A stretch of DNA of 64,000 nt, from the IMG/VR virus record IMGVR_UViG_3300021963_000055, positions 32,001 through 96,000 of that record. One strand, given 5' to 3'. Source of the stretch: a virus. Positions 49,883 to 56,843 of the stretch are shown piece by piece; the first letter of the stretch is position 1; each line of letters opens with the position of its first letter. Position numbers and translations under genes: made by a program. A model generated the notes under the pieces. The model had not been told where the DNA came from. It saw only the letters and a program-made list of their open reading frames with translations, and searched no databases.

Positions 49883-50293
49883 ATGAAAACATACTCCGAA
49901 TTCATTACAGAAGCTAAAAGAATTAAGATGACAAGATATTATCATGGGACATCATCATCTTCTGCAGATAGCATTCATAAGTCAGGGTTTAAAGGCTCTG
50001 AAGTACATGCATCAACATCTGCTAGAACTGCAGATGCTTTTGGTAAGAGGTATGGTAAGGATACTAGAACTCTTTCAATTCGTGTCCCTTCAAAATCAAA
50101 GCATGTAGAAAAAACAAAGGGTCAGCAAGGTATTGATGCTTGGGGAAGAAGACATCACTCTGCTATAATGAGTCCAGAGTATGCTTCTAAACACATTACA
50201 AAATCACCAACAATTCCTGCACCTAAGGTTCCAAAGAAGTATGCACATCTGAGTCCTTTTAAAAAACGAACTAAAACTCAAATAAAAAAATAA
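49883..50293 (+). CDS. Putative packaged internal head protein with an ADP-ribosyltransferase-like (YHGT) domain
   Basis: N-terminal MKTYSEFITEA resembles the T4 capsid-targeting sequence; YYHGTS...SIHKSGF...VHASTS..TA..F; late promoter ATAAATA at 49864-49870. Confidence 0.65.
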   Translation: MKTYSEFITEAKRIKMTRYYHGTSSSSADSIHKSGFKGSEVHASTSARTADAFGKRYGKDTRTLSIRVPSKSKHVEKTKGQQGIDAWGRRHHSAIMSPEYASKHITKSPTIPAPKVPKKYAHLSPFKKRTKTQIKK

Positions 50294-50301
50294 ATTATTT
50301 T

Positions 50302-50336
50302 TTCCGAGGATCTAAACGGTTCTCGGAATTTTTTTT
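50302..50336. terminator. Terminator-like hairpin between convergent genes
   Basis: TTCCGAG-13nt-CTCGGAA followed by T8 on plus, right after the 49883-50293 stop. Confidence 0.65.
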
Positions 50337-50434
50337 GCTGAAAATTTTTTCCGAGATTATTTTGATGCCCTCGGTAAGGCAGAGGGCAATATATCTGAAT
50401 TGCTCGGAATACGTTGTGCGGGTAGGGAGGGGCT

Positions 50435-50812
50435 TCATTTTTTTCCAAAGGTATTTCCTACCATCCATCGTTGGTTTTCCTTTCTATCTACCCATCTCAG
50501 ATTTTCTATGGAGTTGTTTTGTTTGTTTCCATCAATATGGTCTACTTCTTTGAAATTTTGTGGGTTTTCTATAAGGGTCTCTGCTATGAGTCTATGTGAG
50601 TAATATTTGATTTGTTTTGTAGTCCTTCCGTTTGCATCCTTTAGAGAAATATTGATAGATTGATACCTATCAGATTCTTTGAGACCTCCTCGTGGATTTT
50701 GAGTCATTTTTCTAGCTTCTCCTCGTCTATGAGGATTTCTGTGCCACTCAGTCCATATAGAGCCATCTTCACAGACATAGTATCCTTCAAATTTTGTTGG
50801 AAATTTTTTCAT
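50435..50812 (-). CDS. HNH homing endonuclease (free-standing)
   Basis: GYYVCEDGSIW; YSHRLIAETLIENP...VDHIDGNKQNNSIENLRWV...EN. Confidence 0.9.
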   Translation of the reverse strand: MKKFPTKFEGYYVCEDGSIWTEWHRNPHRRGEARKMTQNPRGGLKESDRYQSINISLKDANGRTTKQIKYYSHRLIAETLIENPQNFKEVDHIDGNKQNNSIENLRWVDRKENQRWMVGNTFGKK

Positions 50813-51017
50813 GATATTTTGGAAATTTTTTTTTATTTAAATCACTATATCTAGGTCGATCTAGGAATGGTATAGCTTAGGGTAGTTAAGGCTTTTTGTA
50901 CGGGTACGGGGGGCGGCGACCCATAAGGGCCGCTTATACTGCCCCTGCCCACTGATAAGCACTGCTGATGGATCAGATCTGCTGATGGGTGGGGGAGGCT
51001 GGCTCCCCCTCTGCTTA

Positions 51018-51185
51018 TCAGTCCCAGAGCAGGTTGGCGATGGCTTCCAGTCGCTGCTGGCGGGTGGCCAGCTCGGCTTCGATGGCCTCGGCTTCCTGTT
51101 CGGTAGGGTTGCCCTCATCGAGCCATTCCATCAGCTGGAAGCTGCTCAGGTCGTCGAAAGCGGTGGCGATGGTTGCGTCGAGCAT
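51018..51185 (-). CDS. Small acidic early protein (55 aa)
   Basis: Hand translation MLDATIATAFDDLSSFQLMEWLDEGNPTEQEAEAIEAELATRQQRLEAIANLLWD; GC-rich third positions; SD GGAG and -10 TAGACT upstream. Confidence 0.7.
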   Translation of the reverse strand: MLDATIATAFDDLSSFQLMEWLDEGNPTEQEAEAIEAELATRQQRLEAIANLLWD

Positions 51186-51211
51186 GGTTGGCTCCGTTGG
51201 TTTGCTTGATC

Positions 51212-51266
51212 AGTCTACCATGGATGGGGCCAGCTTGTGGCCAGCCCCGTTACAAAGGTTTACACA
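51212..51266 (-). promoter_or_regulatory. Early promoter: extended -10 TAGACT plus HLR1-like direct repeat GTTACAAA-GG-TTTACACA
   Basis: -10 at 51212-51217; repeat at 51249-51266 (plus orientation), one mismatch from the HLR1 consensus. Confidence 0.6.
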
Positions 51267-51574
51267 GGGCTGGGGCGATCCTGGCTCCAGCGAACTAGCC
51301 TGCGGTTGCTGGCCTTGCTGTAGACTCGGTTGCCAATGGTTCGGCCATCGGCCAGCGTGATCACGCTGCGGCCAGCGGCGTCAGCAGCAGCCTGCAGAGC
51401 CTGGCGTCCCAGCTTGCGCTCCTCCTTGAGAGCAGTCTCACTGGTGGCCAGATCAAACAGCCACTGTGCCCGATGGCGGCCAACGATGACGCCATGGCGG
51501 ATGGTGACCTTGGCAACAGCAACAGCCACTGCGGTGGGGATGCTGGTGCGGGTGAGGCGGTCAGAGCGGGTCAT
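51260..51574 (-). CDS. Hypothetical basic early protein
   Basis: GC-rich ORF downstream of a TCGACA-16-TATAAT promoter (51618-51645). Confidence 0.6.
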   Translation of the reverse strand: MTRSDRLTRTSIPTAVAVAVAKVTIRHGVIVGRHRAQWLFDLATSETALKEERKLGRQALQAAADAAGRSVITLADGRTIGNRVYSKASNRRLVRWSQDRPSPV

Positions 51575-51679
51575 GGTCTCAGGTGGTTGTGGGGGCTTCT
51601 CTCGCCCCCGTGTTCAAATTATAGGGCATGGGTGGGGGCTGTCGATGCCCCAGACCCGAACTGTTACAAACCGAAATAA

Positions 51680-52438
51680 TTATACTTTAGCGGCCAGAAT
51701 AGCCTGGCGTTCCTTCCTGTAACCGCTGAACTTACCAGCACGGCGGCGAGCATGGACAGCTTTGCCATAGGTTGAACCTTTAGGCTGTGTTGAGTGTACC
51801 AACAGTGCAAACGGTTTGTCACCAAAACAGTGCGAGTCGTCGTGATCAACCTCTAGCCCAATCGCTTCAGCTTCTTCATCGTTATGCACAACTTTACTGT
51901 AGCGAGTGAACACACCTGCGTCGATATAGTGGTCGAATTTGCCACCATAACTTGCCGTCATGAAGAAGTTAGAGGGCAACTCCAAACCTACAAACAGTGG
52001 CAGGTTTTTGCTGTAGCAGTAGAACTTGAGATCAGGGTTCAGCTTTGCCACTGTGATCCAGGCATCCAGATAGGCACCCGAGAAGAAATCACCAGACTCG
52101 TGAATCCTGACGAGTTTGCTATTCTTCTTGCGAGCATTCTGCAGGCTGTTGTTGATCAGTTCGGCTGCAGTGTTGGTTTGGATCGCCTCAACAACCAGCT
52201 GCAGATTGCGAGCCCGAGCATAGAAAGGGCCATCGTATTGTGCTTCACTAGTTGCAGCAAAACACCTAAATTGTGTTTGAGGGCCATCCTGAACTTTACG
52301 CTTGCCGTCTTCATTAACAACAGCAAACGAGAGACAGAATAGAGCGCCAGGGCAGGTTTTGCCAGCTGGCAGGCTAAAGATCAGGGTGCCCTTACCGAGC
52401 TTGGCGTTACCGTGGCTGAAGGTCAGAAGGTCAGACAT
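51680..52438 (-). CDS. GP88-like phage protein (degenerate radical-SAM-like)
   Basis: GNAKL, FSLPAGKTCPGALFC...CFA, VRIHESGDFFS, FYCYSK. Confidence 0.7.
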   Translation of the reverse strand: MSDLLTFSHGNAKLGKGTLIFSLPAGKTCPGALFCLSFAVVNEDGKRKVQDGPQTQFRCFAATSEAQYDGPFYARARNLQLVVEAIQTNTAAELINNSLQNARKKNSKLVRIHESGDFFSGAYLDAWITVAKLNPDLKFYCYSKNLPLFVGLELPSNFFMTASYGGKFDHYIDAGVFTRYSKVVHNDEEAEAIGLEVDHDDSHCFGDKPFALLVHSTQPKGSTYGKAVHARRRAGKFSGYRKERQAILAAKV

Positions 52439-52511
52439 TGGTGGTTTGGGTGTGAACTGAGGTTAGTCTACCAGATGGGAAGGGCCAGGCTGGCTGGCCC
52501 TGTTGCAAAGC

Positions 52512-52757
52512 TTAATGCTGTGTCACCCAGTGGTCCATGGTCATGATCCAACCCTCACCGTGCCACGTATGGAAGCGATCGGTTTTGAACTGCTCCCACT
52601 GGGCTTTGGTGATCAGATGGCCCTCAACCCATACCAGGGTCTGATCCTGCTCCCGCTCAGCTTGCTTGGCCCCAGCCCGCACCCGAAACATTTCGGCTGC
52701 AATGGTTCCCTGGCTGGCGTCAGGGCCGATTCCTGGGAGGTGCTCGGTGTTCAGCAT
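52512..52757 (-). CDS. Hypothetical early protein
   Basis: Start moved to the ATG (MLNTEH) downstream of -10 TAGGAT at 52781-52786; SD AGGA. Confidence 0.6.
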   Translation of the reverse strand: MLNTEHLPGIGPDASQGTIAAEMFRVRAGAKQAEREQDQTLVWVEGHLITKAQWEQFKTDRFHTWHGEGWIMTMDHWVTQH

Positions 52758-52834
52758 TGGTCCTTTGCGACTGCTCACGAATCCTACACCATCGGGTGAG
52801 CCCTGAAGCCCACCCCTGTAACAGAATGAAATAA

Positions 52835-53029
52835 TTACATTTCCAGCTCCCAGTTCTGATCTTTGTGCATATCAACCCAGAAAATCTCTTCAGGGTCAGC
52901 TATACTTGCCAGCAACATTCTGCCATCCATGTGTCGTAGGATGGTGCAATGCTCGCAGCGTTTGAGTGCATTAGCGAACCTGTTTTTGGCTTTCTTGCTG
53001 ATAGGTTTGACTGAAATGATCTGTGCCAT
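52835..53029 (-). CDS. Conserved cyanophage small protein
   Basis: VKPISKKAKNRFAN...FWV...D.NW motif. Confidence 0.65.
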   Translation of the reverse strand: MAQIISVKPISKKAKNRFANALKRCEHCTILRHMDGRMLLASIADPEEIFWVDMHKDQNWELEM

Positions 53030-53153
53030 TAGAGTAGTTTCCTCTTGAGAGATTGTAACAGAGTGAAGAACACCAGAACAAAAAGAAGCTCGAAAGTCAC
53101 AGAATGAAACAATGAAGAACTGGAAGGGGGGAATTGATCCCCCCAGAATCCTA

Positions 53154-53417
53154 TCAGATCGCTTTCAGTTCTTCAGTCTTGCGAGCATCTGCGATAGTGG
53201 AACCGATGCTTACATTCTTCAGGATCTCATCATTGTTGAGCAGATCACTGAGGAATTGAATGTAACTATCTGATGCAATAAAGTTGTAAACTTTATCAGG
53301 ATTGCTGTGATAAGTTATAAAAACATCATTGCTATCTAGGGGCATAGTGATAGATTGAATGGCGCTAGATTGCTCTTTAGTGAATTGACGATGGATGGGG
53401 GAGATTGCAACGGTCAT
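53154..53417 (-). CDS. Hypothetical early protein
   Basis: ORF behind TTGACA-17-TAAATT (53444-53472); followed by a GGGGG/CCCCC hairpin at ~53126-53144. Confidence 0.6.
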   Translation of the reverse strand: MTVAISPIHRQFTKEQSSAIQSITMPLDSNDVFITYHSNPDKVYNFIASDSYIQFLSDLLNNDEILKNVSIGSTIADARKTEELKAI

Positions 53418-53497
53418 GATGTTTGTTCAGGTGTACGTTTAATAATTTACAGGTTGGGGGCTGAGGTGTCAACCCCCTGATTGATTAGTAATACTAA

Positions 53498-53629
53498 TCA
53501 GAACTCAATTTCGTCTAGAGTTGGCTCTGTAATAGTATCATCAGAGCCTGCAATCATGTCGAGAATGGTGAGAATTTCATCACCAGTCTGACCTTTCCGA
53601 AGCATCGAAACAAGTACCTCTTTAGACAT
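53498..53629 (-). CDS. Small hypothetical protein (43 aa)
   Basis: MSKEVLVSMLRKGQTGDEILTILDMIAGSDDTITEPTLDEIEF. Confidence 0.55.
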   Translation of the reverse strand: MSKEVLVSMLRKGQTGDEILTILDMIAGSDDTITEPTLDEIEF

Positions 53630-53637
53630 AATAATTC

Positions 53638-53775
53638 TCAGTAATCGTAATTAGAGTTAATAAATTGATGAAAGTTTAGTTCGCTTTCATCATCATCAGC
53701 TGCAGGAATCAGCATATCATCCTGCCAATCGTAAATCTCAGCTTCAAGATCTACGAAATCAAACGTAGTTTCCAT
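53638..53775 (-). CDS. Small acidic hypothetical protein (45 aa)
   Basis: METTFDFVDLEAEIYDWQDDMLIPAADDESELNFHQFINSNYDY-like; promoter TTGACA-17-CATACT at 53800-53828. Confidence 0.5.
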   Translation of the reverse strand: METTFDFVDLEAEIYDWQDDMLIPAADDDESELNFHQFINSNYDY

Positions 53776-53849
53776 TGGTTCAGTGAAGTGAACGATTCAA
53801 GTATGACCTGGATTGTCTGGGATGTCAACCCTTTGAGCCATAAGCATTG

Positions 53850-54056
53850 CTAATCTGACTGATTAGCTTTGATAAAGTTTTCTAATGTGTCCAGTTCAGT
53901 TTCATTTAAGCCTAACACATATTCTTCAATGATTTGCTCCATTAGAACATATTCATTGCTGTAAAGTTGTTCTTTAAGAGCATCAATCATCTCATCTTGT
54001 TTCATTGATTTGGAATGAAAGAACTGTACCACGTCAGAATAGTTGATTGTGTGCAT
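53850..54056 (-). CDS. Hypothetical protein
   Basis: ORF track; co-oriented in the early cluster. Confidence 0.55.
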   Translation of the reverse strand: MHTINYSDVVQFFHSKSMKQDEMIDALKEQLYSNEYVLMEQIIEEYVLGLNETELDTLENFIKANQSD

Positions 54057-54082
54057 GATGTCAAGTAGGTGAATGATAAGGA

Positions 54083-54253
54083 TTACTTATTAATAACTAA
54101 TGCACCATATTTGTTTAATTTACCTGCACACGGTTTGTTATCATATAGCCCAAAGTAATACTTACCAATACTAATACCAAATTGTTCGTCACCTTGCTTA
54201 GCCTTGGTGTTAGCACCAATGTAGAAGATTCGGGAGTCAAGTGAGAATTTCAT
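54083..54253 (-). CDS. Small hypothetical protein (56 aa)
   Basis: MKILTLDSRIFYIGANTKAKQGDEQFGISIGKYYFGLY...; promoter TTGACA-17-TATAGT at 54278-54306. Confidence 0.55.
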   Translation of the reverse strand: MKFSLDSRIFYIGANTKAKQGDEQFGISIGKYYFGLYDNKPCAGKLNKYGALVINK

Positions 54254-54386
54254 GGTTGTTCATGTGTGAACATAGTCACTATAGAGGTTTCTCAGAGGGT
54301 TGTCAAGGGTTCTTTGATTAGTGTATCTTATATGGTTAATAATTTCTAAGTATACTTAATAATAAGTTCTGAACCCTGACATGGTT

Positions 54387-54415
54387 ATTCTAGCAGGTTT
54401 TGGGTGTGTTGTCAA
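54387..54415 (-). promoter_or_regulatory. sigma70-type promoter (TTGACA-17-TAGAAT)
   Basis: attcta 54387-54392 and tgtcaa 54410-54415. Confidence 0.7.
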
Positions 54416-54438
54416 GTGTATATTGATAATAATTTCTG

Positions 54439-54517
54439 ATCGGTGGCCTCCGAGTGATTTGGAATGCTTATATTAGTAATACTTATCGGTGGCCTCGGAG
54501 TGATTTGGAATCCTTAT
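54439..54517. repeat. 33-bp direct repeat, two copies (ATCGGTGGCCTCSGAGTGATTTGGAATSCTTAT)
   Basis: Copies at 54439-54471 and 54485-54517, 2 mismatches, period 46. Confidence 0.9.
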
Positions 54518-54538
54518 GAGTTTTTTGGGCCTGGGGGC

Positions 54539-54567
54539 TTGACAAAATGGCCGAGTGATGATATAAT
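54539..54567 (+). promoter_or_regulatory. Perfect-consensus sigma70 promoter on the non-coding strand
   Basis: TTGACA 54539-54544, 17 nt, TATAAT 54562-54567. Confidence 0.8.
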
Positions 54568-54636
54568 GCTCGCCAAGACTGCTGCACCCCCGCACATTTC
54601 AGATACTTTCTCTGACACACTCGGACACATACAGTA

Positions 54637-54752
54637 TATACTTAATAATTTCACACATATACCCTATACACTTAATAATTTCTCTCTTTCAGTCTCTCTC
54701 TATACAACACAAACATATATTTTTTATTACATTTATTATATACTTAATAATT
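54637..54752. repeat. AT-rich tract with TAYACTTAATAATT repeats
   Basis: Copies at ~54637, ~54667 and ~54739; a further copy at ~54351. Confidence 0.8.
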
Positions 54753-55320
54753 ACACAAAAAACGACTGATTGTTTACATATACCTGCGGACTATACATTA
54801 CATAAACTAACTTTAGATTCTTTTGGAAGTCTGTTTCATAGTGAGATCTCTTATGACGATCAATCACTATATTAGTATTCTTTACAAAGAATCCATCTTC
54901 TCTTATTGGTACATATTGTGCATCTACTTCCCAGATCATTACTCTCTGATGTGTAAGTAATACATGATAATATAAATCAATTTTCTCTGTTGATAGATTC
55001 TGTTGTGTATTCTGGAATGTTAGCTGGAATCTATCTTTAATCTCACCATCTGTATTGGTGGTATCCTGGCGGAGTACAACTTTTTTGATTTGTGCATTGA
55101 GCCAGATCTTAGGTTGTTTCTCTACAAGTAAATCTACACCTGTATCTACTTTTGGTTCTGCTACATTGATTTGATTCATGGTAAGATAGCCCATGACGAA
55201 GCTTTGGCACGAGATACCTGAATAGTTTGGATCCGCCAGGATAACCTTCTCTTCTTGCAATAAAGGAGGCATTGTTGGTGGTATAAAGCTGGGTGCGATC
55301 AGATCAGTTACTTTATTCAT
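54751..55320 (-). CDS. Putative PD-(D/E)XK nuclease-like protein
   Basis: VAEPKVDTGVDLLVE...NAQIKK...DLYYHV matches a D-x-G-x-D...Q-x-K catalytic pattern. Confidence 0.55.
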   Translation of the reverse strand: MNKVTDLIAPSFIPPTMPPLLQEEKVILADPNYSGISCQSFVMGYLTMNQINVAEPKVDTGVDLLVEKQPKIWLNAQIKKVVLRQDTTNTDGEIKDRFQLTFQNTQQNLSTEKIDLYYHVLLTHQRVMIWEVDAQYVPIREDGFFVKNTNIVIDRHKRSHYETDFQKNLKLVYVMYSPQVYVNNQSFFV

Positions 55321-55468
55321 TATAGTGCAAAAAAGTAGTGTTTTTTGGTTGTAAATACTTGGCTTTGAGGTGATTTAGAGATTGCTTCCTGGCTTTGATT
55401 TTGGCTTTTGATTGACCTTTGGTGGTCTTTGGTTTGTTAGAGTGATGTTGCCAGTTTGGTGTGTTCAT
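55313..55468 (-). CDS. Small basic conserved protein
   Basis: MNTPNWQHHSNK...ARKQSLNHLK; ATGA overlap with the upstream gene. Confidence 0.6.
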   Translation of the reverse strand: MNTPNWQHHSNKPKTTKGQSKAKIKARKQSLNHLKAKYLQPKNTTFLHYNE

Positions 55469-55917
55469 GGTAGTTTGATTTCTTGCTTTGGTTGAAAGAG
55501 ATTTGTGGAATAACATTTCCACTGATTCTTGCGAGTGAACAGATACACATACTCTTCACCACCTAACTTACCAGAAACAAACTTATGAAATGTAGTATGC
55601 TGAACTTCGATTTCCTCACCACGCTCTGTATAATAGAGTGGCTGCGGAATACGATCATTCTCATACATCAAATAGCCCGCATCATCACAAATATATTCAC
55701 CTTTTTCATCACGAAGAGAAGAACCAGAATTCCAGGTTTCACGAGTGCGAAGGGAAGAAATAGCTCCACCATCAATCAGATTGACGACTTGATCTCTGAT
55801 GGAGTAATGTTCCTTCAGAATCTTAGCATGGTGCTCAGGATAACCATCCCAATGGCAGTACACTGAAACAACAGAGCGATCCTTGAGTTGAATGCCGATG
55901 CGTGAGCGGGTAGCCAT
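55465..55917 (-). CDS. Conserved phage hypothetical protein (YCHWDGYP family)
   Basis: MATRSRIG...SVYCHWDGYP...GGAISSL...EEYVYLF. Confidence 0.75.
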   Translation of the reverse strand: MATRSRIGIQLKDRSVVSVYCHWDGYPEHHAKILKEHYSIRDQVVNLIDGGAISSLRTRETWNSGSSLRDEKGEYICDDAGYLMYENDRIPQPLYYTERGEEIEVQHTTFHKFVSGKLGGEEYVYLFTRKNQWKCYSTNLFQPKQEIKLP

Positions 55918-56079
55918 TGGAGTGGTTTGAACTGTGTTCAGTATAGAGGTGGAATCAGCCCTGAGGACTGGGCTGTGTGCCAGCTTGAGAACTGGCCTTG
56001 GATGTCTTGCTGTAGGTATGGAGTGAACCGAAGATCTTTACAGTCTTTGGCTTGGGATTGTTGTGATAAGGTTTGTTGC

Positions 56080-56346
56080 TCATAGTGATTGTACTTCTTC
56101 TAGAATGTTGTTAATGTCTTGTTCATCACGATGACCTAATACATCATCAGTGATTGGTGTATCATAGGTGATTTCCCAATTATCTTGGGTTCCTTTGAGA
56201 ATGGCTACTTCATACAGATCATCTTCAAAACCATAACTACCAGGAAAACGAACTACAGATACACCATAACCATTAGGAAAGAAATGTGTAGCTTGTACAC
56301 CATCTTGAATCTTGTGTTTTTCAAACTTTAGATCAGTGAAGTTCAT
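56080..56346 (-). CDS. Conserved phage hypothetical protein
   Basis: FPNGYGVSVV...SYG....LYEVAIL...YDTPITDDVLG. Confidence 0.7.
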   Translation of the reverse strand: MNFTDLKFEKHKIQDGVQATHFFPNGYGVSVVRFPGSYGFEDDLYEVAILKGTQDNWEITYDTPITDDVLGHRDEQDINNILEEVQSL

Positions 56347-56501
56347 TGACAATGATGATGAGTTGGGTTTTTGGTGCAAAATAGTTTGTGAACTGCTCTG
56401 TATTCAGTATCAATCAGTTTACCATTGTCACGAAGAATAGCAAGTGTATTCCATCCAACAATGATACCAATTCCACAGATGATAACTGGTAGGCACTTCA
56501 T
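56343..56501 (-). CDS. Small membrane protein (52 aa)
   Basis: MKCLPVIICGIGIIVGWNTLAILRD...; ATGA overlaps on both sides. Confidence 0.6.
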   Translation of the reverse strand: MKCLPVIICGIGIIVGWNTLAILRDNGKLIDTEYRAVHKLFCTKNPTHHHCQ

Positions 56502-56683
56502 GCGTTGTATCCTTCCGCTTTCAAAATAGCACGACGAGCTTCATATGCTTGAAACTGAGTAGCAAATTCAGCAATCTTTTGAAATGAATGCCGACGATAC
56601 AATCCCCATCGAGTTGTACCATAAATTTGGCAAATTTGATAAGGATTGTCGATACCGAGAGGATAGGGTTTCATGGTAGTCAC
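56498..56683 (-). CDS. Hypothetical protein
   Basis: ORF track; GTGA overlap with the upstream gene. Confidence 0.6.
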   Translation of the reverse strand: MTTMKPYPLGIDNPYQICQIYGTTRWGLYRRHSFQKIAEFATQFQAYEARRAILKAEGYNA

Positions 56684-56841
56684 ACCGAAAGAGAAACTTC
56701 AATTTGTTTGATGTTAAGTCCACAAAGTTGTTCATGGACACGTTTGCAAATCAAATCTGTTGCAGACTTTGCTTTAGACTTTTCATACCAGATGGTACAA
56801 AGACCATCATAGGTTTCAACACGAACTTTGTAGTTTTTCAT
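56680..56841 (-). CDS. Small hypothetical protein (53 aa)
   Basis: MKNYKVRVETYDGLCTIWYEKSKAKSATDLICKRVHEQLCGLNIKQIEVSLSV; fills the gap in the operon. Confidence 0.6.
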   Translation of the reverse strand: MKNYKVRVETYDGLCTIWYEKSKAKSATDLICKRVHEQLCGLNIKQIEVSLSV

Positions 56842-56843
56842 GT

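Noticed and set aside
51249-51266. NtcA box interpretation of the early-promoter motif
   Set aside because: It does not fit GTA-N8-TAC; the direct-repeat HLR1 pattern fits better.
50861-51722. Track ORFs 50861-51118(-), 50985-51209(+), 50989-51360(+), 51330-51722(+), 51473-51679(+)
   Set aside because: Shadow frames in GC-rich DNA; the frames with promoter, SD and GC3 bias are 51018-51185 and 51260-51574 on minus.
54439-54517. 33-bp repeats as a CRISPR mini-array
   Set aside because: Only two copies with a 13-nt spacer, and no cas genes in the window.
54464-54769. Plus-strand 101-aa ORF
   Set aside because: It runs through repeats and a promoter and has low-complexity translation; probably a chance ORF in non-coding DNA.
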